A stretch of DNA of 64,000 nucleotides from Clostridiales bacterium (GCA_029265435.1 JAJUJH010000003.1:935-64934); one strand, 5' to 3'; counted from the stretch's first letter, positions 44,736-55,666 are shown. Notes: generated by a model from the sequence alone, not told the origin. Program-made: numbers and translations.

Positions 44736-44791
44736 CCTGACCGGTTTAAAAGATCGGATACGGACAGAATTGTGTGTGAGAGGCACGGACG

Positions 44792-46618
44792 ATGAAAAGA
44801 AGCAAGTATTATTTGAGAACGCGGAGGAGCAAAAGGCGAGCGAAGAGACGTGTGGCGCTGGTCGTCTGTCTTATCTTGGCCGCGGCGGGCACCGGCGCGT
44901 ATTTTCTGTTTATGGCGCTTACGGATACGGCGGACAATGTGAAACCGGCGGATAAGACTGCGGTATTAACGCCGGCGCCCGTCCAAGAAGCGACGCCGGA
45001 GCCCATGACGACGCTTGCGGACGATTTGGCGCCGCATCCGGTACAAGGAACGAATCCGTCGGATATTGGCTTGACGGCGGGAGTCATGGACGACGGAACG
45101 GAGACCGCATCTTATCGGCGCGCCGAGCCGATATCGTTCGGTGCGGGTTCCGAATACACCGCGCTTGAAGGCGTCATCACCTTCCGGGGCAACAATTACC
45201 GAAACGAGCCGAGCTGGGGTTCGGCGGAAATCAGCGACGAGGCTTTGAAGCTGCTCATCACAAAACAGACGGGCGCAACGGGAAATTGGGGCGGCATGGG
45301 CTGGACGGGACAGCCGCTGATCGTTAAATGGCCCGACGATGTGCGCGCCCAAATGAAAACGCTGGGCGAAAAGTTCCGAGCCAAAGAGGGTTTTGTAGAG
45401 GTCATATACGCTTCGTTAAGCGGAGACGTATATTTTATGGACCTTGAAACGGGAGAAAAGACGCGCTATCCGCTTCATGTGGGGGGGCCTGTCAAGGGAA
45501 CGCCGAGCCTTGATCCGAGAGGGTATCCGATACTCTATGTGGGACAGGGCCTTCAGGCGAACGGAAGCGATAAATCGAGCAAAAATATATATTTCAGGGC
45601 GTACAGTCTGATTACGGGCGAAAAGCTGATGGAGGTGGGCGCCGCAGAAAAAGACCCGTATGCATACGGGAACTCGCAGGCTTACAACGCCAGCCCGCTC
45701 ATTGACGCAAAGACGGATACGCTGATCTATCCGGGTGAAAACGGGATCGTATACGTGTGCGATCTGAACACGCGGTACAACGCACAGACGGGTGAGCTGA
45801 CGATGGATATGAAACCGAAGAAGGTGAAATACCGCTATACGTCGCCGCGAAACGAAACGGCGGACGCGGCAGGAGGCGGACGCTGGGGCATTGAGGATTC
45901 CCCCGCCGCATGGCGCAATTACATTTTCTTTACGGACAACGCCGGCATTTTGCAGTGCGTGGACTTAAACACGATGACGCCTGTGTATGCGGCGGACGTA
46001 ACGGACGACAGCGATGTATCCATGGTGCTGGAGGAAGCGCCCGCCGATCAGACGATATACCTTTATACGGGCTGCGAATACGATAAGCTTGTACGGCCGG
46101 ATACAAGCCAGACCGGCCCCGGTTTTACGGGAACCGCATACGCGCGCAAGATTGACGGGTTGACGGGGGAGGTTGTATGGGAAGTTCCTTATACCGTCCG
46201 GTCGTCAAACGATGCGGACGGCGGCATACTCGCCTCGCCGGTGCTGGGTAAAGACGGTACGGTGATGGAAGGGCTTGTGATTTACAGCGTCACGATGGAG
46301 GTAAAAGGCGATGCCGTCACAAGCCGCCTGGTTGCGCTCAGCAAGGAGGACGGCAGCGAGGTGTGGTCTTACGATATGGAGGACGGCGGCTGGTCGCCGA
46401 GCTCTCCCGTGCCGGTATATACGGCGGACGGCAAAGGGTATATCGTCCAATGCGACTGCACGGGCGACGTGGCGCTGATCGACGGAGAAACGGGTAAAGA
46501 GGTGCAAAAGCTGAATGTGGGCGAGGGCGAGAAGTTTGAGGCAACGCCCGCCGTTTACGGCAACACCATTGTGGTGGCGTCGCGGAACAAGCACATCTTT
46601 TTTATCACGATCAGTTAA
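44792..46618 (+). CDS. Membrane-anchored PQQ-like beta-propeller repeat protein (paralog 1)
   Basis: Basic N-terminus plus TM helix, Pro/Thr linker, repeated beta-propeller-like blades. Strongly similar to the 46804-48648 product. Confidence 0.7.
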   Translation: MKRSKYYLRTRRSKRRAKRRVALVVCLILAAAGTGAYFLFMALTDTADNVKPADKTAVLTPAPVQEATPEPMTTLADDLAPHPVQGTNPSDIGLTAGVMDDGTETASYRRAEPISFGAGSEYTALEGVITFRGNNYRNEPSWGSAEISDEALKLLITKQTGATGNWGGMGWTGQPLIVKWPDDVRAQMKTLGEKFRAKEGFVEVIYASLSGDVYFMDLETGEKTRYPLHVGGPVKGTPSLDPRGYPILYVGQGLQANGSDKSSKNIYFRAYSLITGEKLMEVGAAEKDPYAYGNSQAYNASPLIDAKTDTLIYPGENGIVYVCDLNTRYNAQTGELTMDMKPKKVKYRYTSPRNETADAAGGGRWGIEDSPAAWRNYIFFTDNAGILQCVDLNTMTPVYAADVTDDSDVSMVLEEAPADQTIYLYTGCEYDKLVRPDTSQTGPGFTGTAYARKIDGLTGEVVWEVPYTVRSSNDADGGILASPVLGKDGTVMEGLVIYSVTMEVKGDAVTSRLVALSKEDGSEVWSYDMEDGGWSPSSPVPVYTADGKGYIVQCDCTGDVALIDGETGKEVQKLNVGEGEKFEATPAVYGNTIVVASRNKHIFFITIS

Positions 46619-46803
46619 AACAACAGGAGACAGCGGTCGAAAACAAGCCTTACAATGTGCAGAGCCTTATCAAAAAAACGGCCGTTCATCAACTTTTCAA
46701 GTTTAACGGATTGAAGACATGAAGATTCGTTGTTCTTTTTATGTCTTTTGTACTATAATCAAAAAACAGCGGTAACGGTGCAAAAAAAAGAAAGGACAAG
46801 GGT

Positions 46804-48648
46804 ATGGCTAGGAAGTATTACGCAAGACGGCGCAGAAGAAGGACGAGCCCGCGGTTTTTCGTGATCCTCGGAATTCTTGCCGCTGCGTTTGCGGCAGGCA
46901 TATATTTGTTGGTGACGGGGCTGAACAATCAGGAAGGCAATCCGCAGCACCCGAATGCGACGGTGGCGATGGAATCTCCAAGCATGACGGTTACGCTGCC
47001 GCCGGCGGAGTCCGCCGTGCCGGAGCCGACGCCCACGACGGAGCCGACAATAGCGGCGGGGCTTGTGCCGGCCAAAACGGAAAATACCGATCCGGCGAAG
47101 TTCGGGTTCACAACGAAAATATACGTGGACGGAACGGAAACGGCCGCATACAGCCGCGAAGTCTCCGTCGCGTTTCCGGCAGGCGCGGAATATACGGCGC
47201 TTGAGGGCATCACCACATACCGCGGCAACAATTACCGCGACCAACCGAGCTGGGGCACGGCGGCTGTCACAAACGGCAAGCTGACGAAGCTTGATATCAG
47301 CAAGACCACAAGCGCAATCGGTAAATGGAGCGGCTCGGCCTGCACGGGACAGCCGCTGATCGTGACATGGCCGGATGACGTTCGAGAAAGCATGACGTCT
47401 CTTTACGATGAATTCCGGCATAAGGCAGGTTTCACGGAAGTCATCATTGCGTCAGCGGACGGCAATATCTATTTTATGGAGCTTTCGACGGGCACGAAAA
47501 CGCGCAATCCCATCGGCATCGGCGCACCGACCAAAGGCACGCCAAGCATTGACCCGCGCGGTTATCCGATCATCTATGTGGGGCAGGGGCTTAATCCGGC
47601 GGGCAGTACCACGGACTCCAACGATATGTATTTCAGGGCGTTCAGCCTGATAGACGGAAAGGAGCTTTATAAGTTCGGGGCGCATCAGAAAGACCCTGTG
47701 GCATACAACAACTGGCAGGCATACGATTCGAGCCCGCTCATCGACGCGGCGACGGATACGCTGATAGAGCCCTGCGAAAACGGCGTGCTGTATACGGTCA
47801 AGCTCAATACGGCTTACGACCCGGCGGCGGGAACGCTTACGATGAACCCGGGTCCCATGGTCAAGTGCACGTATCAATCAACGCGCAACCAATCGACGGG
47901 CATATACGGCATGGAAAACTCGGCGGCGGCGTGGCGCAACTATCTGTTTTTTACGGACAATATCGGTATGCTCCAGTGCGTGGACTTGAACACGATGCAG
48001 CTTGTTTACGCGAACGATCTTGGAAACGACAGCGACGTTTCGATGGTGCTCGAGGAGGATACCGATAAGCAGGATTTTTACCTGTATACCGGCTGCGAAT
48101 ATAACGATACCGTAGTCAACGCGAAAGACACAACGGGCAAATGCTATGCGCGCAAGATCGACGGACTGACGGGCGAGATTATATGGTCGGCGGAATTCAG
48201 CGTTTATACCGCAATCGGCGGAAGCGAGGACGGCGGCATTATTGCCTCACCGATACTCGGCAAACCGGGTTCGTCGATAGACGGACTTGTGATTTATACG
48301 GTTTCCAACGCGGTAACGGCCGACGGCAATCAAACCGCGCTGCTTGTCGCGCTCGATAAAAATACGGGAAGCGTCGTGTGGCAGACCGACCTTCAAAACA
48401 GCGGCTGGACGCCGTCTTCGCCGGTGCCTGTGTATACGGCGGACGGGCAGTGCTATATCGTGCAGTGCCTTTATCGGGGAGATATCAAGCTGATTAAGGC
48501 AGACGCAGCGGAGGGAACGGTATCGGATACGGTGAGCCTCGGGACAAAGGATGAGCCAAACAGCTTTGAAGCGACGCCCGCGGTATTCGGCAATACCATT
48601 GTGGTGGGCTCGAGAAGCGGTCACTTCTTTTATCTGACGATTAGTTAA
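46804..48648 (+). CDS. Membrane-anchored PQQ-like beta-propeller repeat protein (paralog 2)
   Basis: Shares YRGNNYR, TGQPLIV.WPDDVR, KGTPS.DPRGYPI.YVGQGL, AAWRNY.FFTDN.G.LQCVDLNTM, YARKIDGLTGE and SSPVPVYTADG with paralog 1. Confidence 0.7.
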   Translation: MARKYYARRRRRRTSPRFFVILGILAAAFAAGIYLLVTGLNNQEGNPQHPNATVAMESPSMTVTLPPAESAVPEPTPTTEPTIAAGLVPAKTENTDPAKFGFTTKIYVDGTETAAYSREVSVAFPAGAEYTALEGITTYRGNNYRDQPSWGTAAVTNGKLTKLDISKTTSAIGKWSGSACTGQPLIVTWPDDVRESMTSLYDEFRHKAGFTEVIIASADGNIYFMELSTGTKTRNPIGIGAPTKGTPSIDPRGYPIIYVGQGLNPAGSTTDSNDMYFRAFSLIDGKELYKFGAHQKDPVAYNNWQAYDSSPLIDAATDTLIEPCENGVLYTVKLNTAYDPAAGTLTMNPGPMVKCTYQSTRNQSTGIYGMENSAAAWRNYLFFTDNIGMLQCVDLNTMQLVYANDLGNDSDVSMVLEEDTDKQDFYLYTGCEYNDTVVNAKDTTGKCYARKIDGLTGEIIWSAEFSVYTAIGGSEDGGIIASPILGKPGSSIDGLVIYTVSNAVTADGNQTALLVALDKNTGSVVWQTDLQNSGWTPSSPVPVYTADGQCYIVQCLYRGDIKLIKADAAEGTVSDTVSLGTKDEPNSFEATPAVFGNTIVVGSRSGHFFYLTIS

Positions 48649-48892
48649 ACGGATGCAGCAAAGCCCTCGCCACAATACGGGGGCTTCAGCTTATCCGAAA
48701 ACTTCGGTTTTCCGACATCTCGAAACAACGCAAAACCGAAAGGTGTGAGCTGCGCGGGCCAAGCCCGTCTTGTCCACAAATGATATTTTTATCTTTATGG
48801 CTACTAAGATGAAGCACGAATGAAGAGTCCAAAAAAACGGTCAGTATAGGATGTTTAACGCTGCCATAGTAATGAAAAAGTGAGAAAGAGCA

Positions 48893-49132
48893 ATGGCAGC
48901 GAAAAAATATCGGTTTTGCAGATATATAAAACCACAGTATGTAAAAATGCAGGTTGCAGCCAATCTGAATGGAAAAACAATCGCTAAATTTGCAAAGAAC
49001 CGCATTCGTCAAGGTTCTATTGTGCATATGGATGCTTACCGCAGTTGCCGAAAGCCTTTAGCCGAAAAGCATCTGCTTAAGGTCTTTAATCCTGATTCAG
49101 AGATTACAAACATAGAAAGAAAAACATGGTAA
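48893..49132 (+). pseudogene. IS1595/ISXO2-like transposase fragment
   Basis: ...KTIAKFAKNRIRQGSIVHMDAYRSCRKPL... resembles the DDE_Tnp_IS1595 core (..GS.I.TD.W..Y..L). Only ~79 aa. AT-rich context. Confidence 0.35.
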
Positions 49133-49788
49133 TATCTAGATTCAAGAAAATGAGAACCAATTTAATATTCCTGCTATGTTTAATAGCAATTTTGATGATA
49201 CCGCTCAACGGCTGTAATTTAAACAATAAGGAAAAAGAAATGTCCTTATTAACGACGGATGATTTCGTCAATTTTTCATTATCAGCTCCGGAAGGCTCGG
49301 GTGGAGTTCGTACATTAAAGATAAATTACATGTCACAAGGCGAGACGAAGTCTGATACGATGGATGCTATAAGCAGTGTAGACATTGAAGGTTATGACGA
49401 TGAAAAGAAAGAACAATCTTTTACCGTTTCTGATTATAATCATGACGGAATCATAGACTTTATTGTTTATCGTGAGTTCTGGTTTCCTGACCTTGATATG
49501 GCGCATCCTGATGTTCCCAAATGGCCAACAATATACGAATATGATTTAGAGAAAGGATTTGTAATTGCATCCTCGGATTTCAGAAGTTATTACGAAGAAT
49601 ACGTTAAATCTGTAAACGTACAGTTGACTTCAAATAAGGAACCCATAGACGATATCGCGGGGTTGGCTTTAAAAAGGCTCAAGTTTGCTGCCGAAAAAGT
49701 AGCCGATGGAAGCTTCGTTCCGAAAAGTCCTTACAACGGTCAATATTATGAGGATGTTTACGAATTAGTCAAAGAAATTACAAAATAA
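49126..49788 (+). CDS. Hypothetical lipoprotein (AT-rich islet)
   Basis: Signal LIFLLCLIAILMIPLNGC lipobox. DYNHDGIIDFIVY is an FG-GAP/VCBS-like motif. The start may be ATG 49150. Confidence 0.55.
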   Translation: MVISRFKKMRTNLIFLLCLIAILMIPLNGCNLNNKEKEMSLLTTDDFVNFSLSAPEGSGGVRTLKINYMSQGETKSDTMDAISSVDIEGYDDEKKEQSFTVSDYNHDGIIDFIVYREFWFPDLDMAHPDVPKWPTIYEYDLEKGFVIASSDFRSYYEEYVKSVNVQLTSNKEPIDDIAGLALKRLKFAAEKVADGSFVPKSPYNGQYYEDVYELVKEITK

Positions 49789-50033
49789 TCAAAACAGCTA
49801 TACTTCACCTAATGGCCATGTTTATCTTTATTGACAGTTTGAAGCCCTCGGCGGATCCGGGGCTTGTGAGGGGTTTTGAATAATCTTTTGCCGACCGGTA
49901 TGCAAGCACACGCTGTTTGATAAACGATCCTTGCATATCTGACGGCGGCGTGATATTGAAGCGCCGCCTTTCAGTGAGGCAAGGGATAAGCCTGTAATGG
50001 CATCTCCCTTGCCAAAAAACCGATTCGAGAGCT

Positions 50034-51440
50034 TTATTCCCCGCCGGAATGCGGCCTGCTTAAATAATCGAACATCGCTTTGGCGGCCGTTTTGCCCGCG
50101 CCCATGGCGAGTATCACCGTGGCCGCGCCGGAAACGGCATCGCCGCCCGCATATACGCCTTCGATGGATGTGGCGCCGGTTTCTTCATCCACGATAATGC
50201 CGCCCCACTTTTGCGTCGCGAGCCCCGGCGTGGCGTCCCTCAGCAGCGGGTTGGGGCTTTGGCCGATGGCCACCACCACCGCATCCAGCTCGATTTCGTA
50301 TTCGCTGCCCGGAACGGGAACGGGACGGCGGCGTCCGGAAGCGTCCGGCTCGCCGAGCTCCATCTTCTGCAGCTTCATGCCGCGCACATAGCCGTCGTCC
50401 GTGCCGAGTATTTCGGTCGGGTTGACGAGAAACTGAAAGATGATGCCCTCTTCCTTGGCGTGGTGGATTTCTTCGTTTCTTGCGGGCATTTCTGCTTCGC
50501 CGCGCCGATAAACAATGTAAACCTCGTCCGCACCAAGACGCTTTGCGCAGCGCGCGGCGTCCATCGCGACGTTGCCGCCGCCCACAACGGCAAGCCTTTT
50601 ATGCCGTACGACGGGCGTGTCGTATTCGGGGAATTTGTACCCTTTCATCAGATTGATGCGCGTTAAAAACTCGTTGGCTGAATAAACGCCGTTCAAATTC
50701 TCCCCGGGGATGTTCATGAAGCTTGGCAGCCCCGCACCGGTACCGATGAATATCGCCTCAAATCCCATGTCTTTGAGCTCGTCGATGGTCAGCACGCGGC
50801 CCATTACCATGTTGGTTTCGATTTTGACGCCCATGCGCTTGAGCGCGTCGATTTCCTTTTGCACGAGCGCTTTGGGCAGACGGAATTCGGGAATGCCGTA
50901 GACGAGCACGCCGCCGGGTGTATGAAACGCTTCAAAAACCGTCACATCCACGCCCATTTTGGCAAGGTCGGCCGCGCAGGTAAGTCCGGCTGGCCCGGAA
51001 CCGATAACGGCGGCTTTTTTGCCCGTGGCAGGCCGGCATTCGACAGGCGGTGTTTCGTGTGTAATGGCATAATCCGCGGCGAAACGCTCAAGCCGTCCGA
51101 TGCCGACGGGCTCGCCTTTGATGCCGCGCACACAGCGCTGCTCACACTGCGTCTCCTGCGGGCACACGCGGCCGCATATGGCGGGCAGGCCGTTTGTTTC
51201 GCGGATTTTATTGTAGGCGTCAATGAATCTGCCTTCGGCGATCAGGGCGATAAAATCCGGGATCTTGACGTTGACGGGACAGCCTTCCACGCACGGCTTG
51301 TTTTTGCATTGAAGACAGCGCTCCGCTTCGCTGCGCGCCATCTGTTCCGTGTATCCGAGCGCAACCTCGCCAAAATTCGAGGCGCGAATCTTTGGGTCCT
51401 GTTCGGGCATTGCCGTTTTTTTCGGATTCATGTTGCGCAT
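50034..51440 (-). CDS. nfnB: GltD-like NADPH-dependent oxidoreductase, large subunit of NfnAB-type ferredoxin:NADP+ oxidoreductase
   Basis: CLQCKNKPCVEGCPV... Fe-S motifs and two Rossmann GxGxxG motifs (VIGSGPAG, VVGGGNVA). Coupled to the upstream PyrK-like subunit. Confidence 0.8.
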   Translation of the reverse strand: MRNMNPKKTAMPEQDPKIRASNFGEVALGYTEQMARSEAERCLQCKNKPCVEGCPVNVKIPDFIALIAEGRFIDAYNKIRETNGLPAICGRVCPQETQCEQRCVRGIKGEPVGIGRLERFAADYAITHETPPVECRPATGKKAAVIGSGPAGLTCAADLAKMGVDVTVFEAFHTPGGVLVYGIPEFRLPKALVQKEIDALKRMGVKIETNMVMGRVLTIDELKDMGFEAIFIGTGAGLPSFMNIPGENLNGVYSANEFLTRINLMKGYKFPEYDTPVVRHKRLAVVGGGNVAMDAARCAKRLGADEVYIVYRRGEAEMPARNEEIHHAKEEGIIFQFLVNPTEILGTDDGYVRGMKLQKMELGEPDASGRRRPVPVPGSEYEIELDAVVVAIGQSPNPLLRDATPGLATQKWGGIIVDEETGATSIEGVYAGGDAVSGAATVILAMGAGKTAAKAMFDYLSRPHSGGE

Positions 51441-52270
51441 TATTCCACCCCCTTGAACAGGTTGCAGGATTCTTCCTGCTGCTTTTTATACATGTTCTGA
51501 CGGCGCATGGCTTCGTCGAAATCCACCTCGTGGCCGTCGAAATCAGGCCCGTCAACGCAGGCAAACTTCGTTTTGCCTCCTACGGTTACGCGGCATCCTC
51601 CGCACATGCCCGTGCCGTCAATCATGATCGGATTCATGCTGATGATGGTTTTGATGCCGTATTCTTTGGTGAGCTTCGAAACGAATTTCATCATAATCAG
51701 CGGACCGATGGCGACGACAAGATCAAACTTTTCTCCCGCTTCAATCTCGGCCTTGAGCGCGTCGGTCACGAACCCTTTATGACCGTTGCTGCCGTCGTCC
51801 GTCATCACGATCTGCTTGTCCGAAACCGCGCCGATCTCTTTTTCAAGCAGTATCAGATCTTTCGTGCGGAAACCCGTGATGCTGGTGACGCGAACGCCCA
51901 TCTCATGGAGCTTTTTGGCCTGCGGATAAGCGATGGCCGTACCGAGGCCGCCGCCGATGACAGCCGCTTTTTTAATGCCGGGGTCAAAATGAGACGGCTT
52001 TCCGAGCGGTCCGACAAAATCGAGCAGGGAATCGCCTTCGTGAAGCGTTCCGAGATGAAGCGTTGTTTTGCCGACTTCCTGGAAAATGATCGTGACGGTT
52101 CCCGTTTCCGCGTCATAATCCGCGATGGTGAGAGGAATACGCTCGCCCTGTTCGTTGATTCTCAGTATGATAAACTGGCCGGGCTGTGCCTTTTTTGCCA
52201 CAAGAGGCGCATCTATGACCATGAGCTTGACCTGTTCGCTCAGCGTCTCTTTTTTAAGAATCTTATACAC
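51440..52270 (-). CDS. nfnA: Sulfide/dihydroorotate-dehydrogenase-like FAD/NAD-binding subunit (NfnA/SudB-like)
   Basis: PGQFIILR, RIPLTIADY and GGGLGTA motifs, plus a C-terminal GMCGGCRV...C.DGP [2Fe-2S] motif. Confidence 0.8.
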   Translation of the reverse strand: MYKILKKETLSEQVKLMVIDAPLVAKKAQPGQFIILRINEQGERIPLTIADYDAETGTVTIIFQEVGKTTLHLGTLHEGDSLLDFVGPLGKPSHFDPGIKKAAVIGGGLGTAIAYPQAKKLHEMGVRVTSITGFRTKDLILLEKEIGAVSDKQIVMTDDGSNGHKGFVTDALKAEIEAGEKFDLVVAIGPLIMMKFVSKLTKEYGIKTIISMNPIMIDGTGMCGGCRVTVGGKTKFACVDGPDFDGHEVDFDEAMRRQNMYKKQQEESCNLFKGVE

Positions 52271-52574
52271 GGTGATTTCCTTTCATAATCATTGTTGGAT
52301 TTCATTATATCATCATATCAAGAGAAAGGTAAAGAACCAACAATATGCGGTTATACTCCAACTGTTGCAACGGATTCGGACAACCAGACGAAAAAAGAGA
52401 TAATCATACACGAGCCCCCCCCTTAATCGTTCGATTCCCGTGTCCATCCGAAAATGGTGCCAATATGCTTTGCAGAATGCCAAATATTCAAATCAATGCT
52501 GAGTTACTTGATTATGCCGAGACATGAAATTCGCGGTGCCGGCGTTTGCGTCAAATCACCGACTGTTTTTGATA

Positions 52575-52603
52575 TTGATACACAATAAAGAAACTGTTAT
52601 ACT
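52575..52603 (+). promoter_or_regulatory. Candidate murA promoter
   Basis: TTGATA, 17-nt spacer, TATACT with upstream TG (TGtTATACT). Confidence 0.5.
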
Positions 52604-52657
52604 CATCAGTGTCATTCAATAACGGTGGAAGGATGCGCATGTTTGCGCTTTGATGAG

Positions 52658-53950
52658 ATGAAAGAAAAGCTTGTGATAAGAGGCGGAATACCGCTTCGCG
52701 GAACGGTTAGCGTCAGCGGCGCAAAAAACGCGGCTGTGGCGATACTTCCGGCCACCATTCTCTGCGAAGGCAAGTTTGAAATCGACAACCTTCCGAATAT
52801 CGACGACGTCCGCCTGCTGGATTATCTTTTGCGGTGGATGGGCGCGTCCACAACGCTCGACAATACAAAGATGACCATCGATACGAGCGGCATTCAAAAG
52901 CATGTGATCGATAACGACGCCGTGAAGATGATGCGTGCGTCTTATTATTTTATGGGGGCGCTGCTCGGACGCTTCGGCAAAGCGGAGGTGTCTTTGCCGG
53001 GCGGCTGCGCCATCGGATTAAGGCCGATAGACCAGCACATCAAGGGCATGGAGGCGCTGGGGGCCACCGTCAAGACAGAATACGGCATGCTGAAAGCGAG
53101 CGCGCCGAACGGGCTTAAAGGTACGGATATTTATCTTGACGTGGTGTCGGTCGGCGCGACGATCAACGTGATGCTTGCCGCTGTGACGGCAAAGGGCAAA
53201 ACGACGATTGTCAATGCGGCAAAAGAGCCGCATGTGGTGGACGTGGCCAACTTTTTAAACTGCATGGGCGCCAAGGTCAAGGGCGCGGGGACGGATATCG
53301 TGCGCATTACGGGCGTCGATAAGCTGCACGGATGTTCATATTCGATTATTCCCGACCAGATTGAGACGGGCACGCTGATGATCGCGGCGGCTGCGACGCG
53401 CGGAGACCTGACGATCACAAACGTGATACCGACGCATATGGAGGCGCTCACGGCCAAGCTGATTGAAATGGGCGTAACGGTGGAGGAAGGCGACGATACG
53501 ATCCGCGTCAAATGCACGCGGCGTCCCAAACACGTCAATATCAAAACGCTGCCGTATCCGGGCTTTCCGACGGACCTTCAGCAGCCCGCAACGGTGCTTT
53601 TGAGCACTGCGGAAGGCGCAAGCATCATTGTGGAGAGCATATTCGAATCGCGGTTTAAGCATATCAACGAAATTAGGCGCATGGGCGCCAACGTCTCGAT
53701 TGACGGGCGCGTGTGCGTGGTGGAGGGCGTCGAAAGGCTGACGGGCGCGCCTGTGCGCGCAACGGATCTGCGTGCCGGCGCGGCGCTGATTGTGGCGGGG
53801 CTGATGGCCGACGGCGAGACGGAAATTACCGGTGTCCAGTATATCGACCGAGGGTATGACCATATTGAAGGCAAGCTCAAAACGGTGGGCGCGGACATCC
53901 GCCGCGAGAAGACGACTGCGGTGGACGATTTCAATTACGGATTTGACTGA
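52658..53950 (+). CDS. murA: UDP-N-acetylglucosamine 1-carboxyvinyltransferase
   Basis: [32 protein letters not shown]...; [13 protein letters not shown] (active-site Cys loop); GFPTDLQ. Confidence 0.92.
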   Translation: MKEKLVIRGGIPLRGTVSVSGAKNAAVAILPATILCEGKFEIDNLPNIDDVRLLDYLLRWMGASTTLDNTKMTIDTSGIQKHVIDNDAVKMMRASYYFMGALLGRFGKAEVSLPGGCAIGLRPIDQHIKGMEALGATVKTEYGMLKASAPNGLKGTDIYLDVVSVGATINVMLAAVTAKGKTTIVNAAKEPHVVDVANFLNCMGAKVKGAGTDIVRITGVDKLHGCSYSIIPDQIETGTLMIAAAATRGDLTITNVIPTHMEALTAKLIEMGVTVEEGDDTIRVKCTRRPKHVNIKTLPYPGFPTDLQQPATVLLSTAEGASIIVESIFESRFKHINEIRRMGANVSIDGRVCVVEGVERLTGAPVRATDLRAGAALIVAGLMADGETEITGVQYIDRGYDHIEGKLKTVGADIRREKTTAVDDFNYGFD

Positions 53951-54150
53951 TCCGCCCGTTTGGCGCGGCGTGTTTTTGGCAAAAATGACAAAAAACATGT
54001 TTGAGCCGTAAATAACGGGTTATCAATAGGGCGAGAGGTCTTTGAAAGCAAAAAAACGGGCGAAACGGCAGAGGCTTTAGCCTGTCGTTCCGCCAATAGT
54101 AGGGGTATTGGGGACAAGTTTGGGGTTACAACCGCTTTTGGCGATGTAAA

Positions 54151-55002
54151 CTATTTTGACAGATCGATCGTGATGGAGACTTTATCCTTGCTTTCCAGCG
54201 CGCTGTAGCTGACCTTTACGCCTGTTTTTTTGATGCGCGACAGCGCTTTTTTTATTGTGTTGATGTATATGCGGTAATCCCGCATGATACACACCACATG
54301 CTGGCCGCTTGTTTCCGGCGCGGGCGCTTCGCCATACAGCTTGGAGAGCATTTTTTCCACGATCTCCTCAGTCATTTTTACGGAATAGTTCTTTTGGGCG
54401 ATATCCTTTATCAAACGGATCTGAGCGTCTTCGTTGTGCAGGCGCAGCAGCGCGCGCGCATGGCGCTCGGTGAGCTTGTAGGTGGTAATCATCTCCTTGA
54501 CGGCGGGGGGCAGCTTCAAAATGCGCATTTTGTTTGCGACGGTGCTCTGGTTTTTTCCGAGACGCCGGGCAAGCTCTTCCTGCGTGAGCCCGTGTTCCTT
54601 CATCAGCGCGAGATACGCCTCCGCTTCCTCAAAAAAGTGAAGGTCTTCGCGCTGGAGGTTTTCGATCAGCGCGATCATGGCGCTGTCCTCGTCCACAGCG
54701 GGCTGAACGAACGCTTTGATGTGCGTAAACCCGGCTTTGCAGACCGCGCGCCAGCGGCGCTCTCCTGCGATGATCTCATAATAATTATGGTTGAGTTTGC
54801 GAACGGTAATAGGCTGAAGCAGACCGTACTGCTTGATGGAATGAGCCAGCTCGTTTAGGCTTTCCTCGGTAAATATCCGCCTCGGCTGATAGGGATTTGG
54901 GCGAACGTAATCGACCGGGATAATCTCAAGCGTGTTATCCTGGCTTTTATCCATACTGAACTTATGTGCCGTTTCAGTACCCGGCTTTTGAAATCGCAGC
55001 AA
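54151..55002 (-). CDS. ParB/Spo0J/Noc-family protein
   Basis: PNPYQPRR...GLLQPITVR...IIAGERRWRA ParB-box and an HTH (TQEELARRLGKNQSTVANKMR). TTG start 10 nt after AAAGGAG. Confidence 0.85.
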   Translation of the reverse strand: MLRFQKPGTETAHKFSMDKSQDNTLEIIPVDYVRPNPYQPRRIFTEESLNELAHSIKQYGLLQPITVRKLNHNYYEIIAGERRWRAVCKAGFTHIKAFVQPAVDEDSAMIALIENLQREDLHFFEEAEAYLALMKEHGLTQEELARRLGKNQSTVANKMRILKLPPAVKEMITTYKLTERHARALLRLHNEDAQIRLIKDIAQKNYSVKMTEEIVEKMLSKLYGEAPAPETSGQHVVCIMRDYRIYINTIKKALSRIKKTGVKVSYSALESKDKVSITIDLSK

Positions 55003-55198
55003 TATTAAAACACTCCTTTACATTGCGCATCAGCGCCAAAATAAAAACACGATCATATCCCGTTTGTGTATATTTCGGGCTTGACTGATTGCAGAATTCT
55101 ACATAAAAGGGGATAGTCCTTGCGAGGTTACAATACTTCCTAGAATGCGACAAAAGTAGTGAAAAACAAAACGGCTTTATGCGGTTTTTGTCGAATGC

Positions 55199-55666
55199 TC
55201 ATTTGTGATAGGTACGGCCTTCCGCGATCATGAAACCGCGGTAAATCTGCTCCAGAAGCACAATGCGGAAAAGCTGATGAGGCAATGTGAGGTCGGAAAA
55301 TGAGATGACATGGCCGGCGCTTTTTTTGACCGCGTCCGACAATCCGTATGAGCCGCCGATCAAAAATGTGACATCGCCCGCATCAAAAAGCGTTTTTACA
55401 AGCGCCGAAAAATGGTAAGAATCGTACTTTTCTCCGTCGGGAGACAGCGCGATGACAGCGCCTTTCGCGGCGCTTAGAAGCGCTTCGCCCTCCTGCCGGA
55501 CCGCCTTTTGAATCAGCGCTTCGGAGCCGCCCAAAGCCGGCGCTTCGTTTTTTTCGACGACGGACACGCGGCAGAAGGCGGACAGGCGCTTTAAGTACTC
55601 GGCCTGGGCGTCCTTCCAGTACGTTTCTTTGAGTTTCCCGATACAGGCAACAGTGAGCGTTGGCAT
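55199..55666 (-). CDS. rlmH: 23S rRNA (pseudouridine1915-N3)-methyltransferase RlmH
   Basis: 155 aa, MPTLTVACIGKLKE...FLIGGSYGLS...SFSDLTLPHQLFRIVLLEQIYR. The track ORF over-extends upstream to 56224. Confidence 0.9.
   Translation of the reverse strand: MPTLTVACIGKLKETYWKDAQAEYLKRLSAFCRVSVVEKNEAPALGGSEALIQKAVRQEGEALLSAAKGAVIALSPDGEKYDSYHFSALVKTLFDAGDVTFLIGGSYGLSDAVKKSAGHVISFSDLTLPHQLFRIVLLEQIYRGFMIAEGRTYHK

Noticed and set aside
50211-52288. Plus-strand ORFs of 151-298 aa opposite the nfnAB genes.
   Set aside because: They are antisense shadows of two genes with clear Fe-S and Rossmann motifs. They lack RBSs and recognisable motifs.
52415-52422. C8 homopolymer in the long nfnA-murA intergenic region.
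   Set aside because: It has no overlapping ORF or recognisable promoter element whose spacing it would alter. It is noted only as a possible indel hotspot, and there is no evidence of function.
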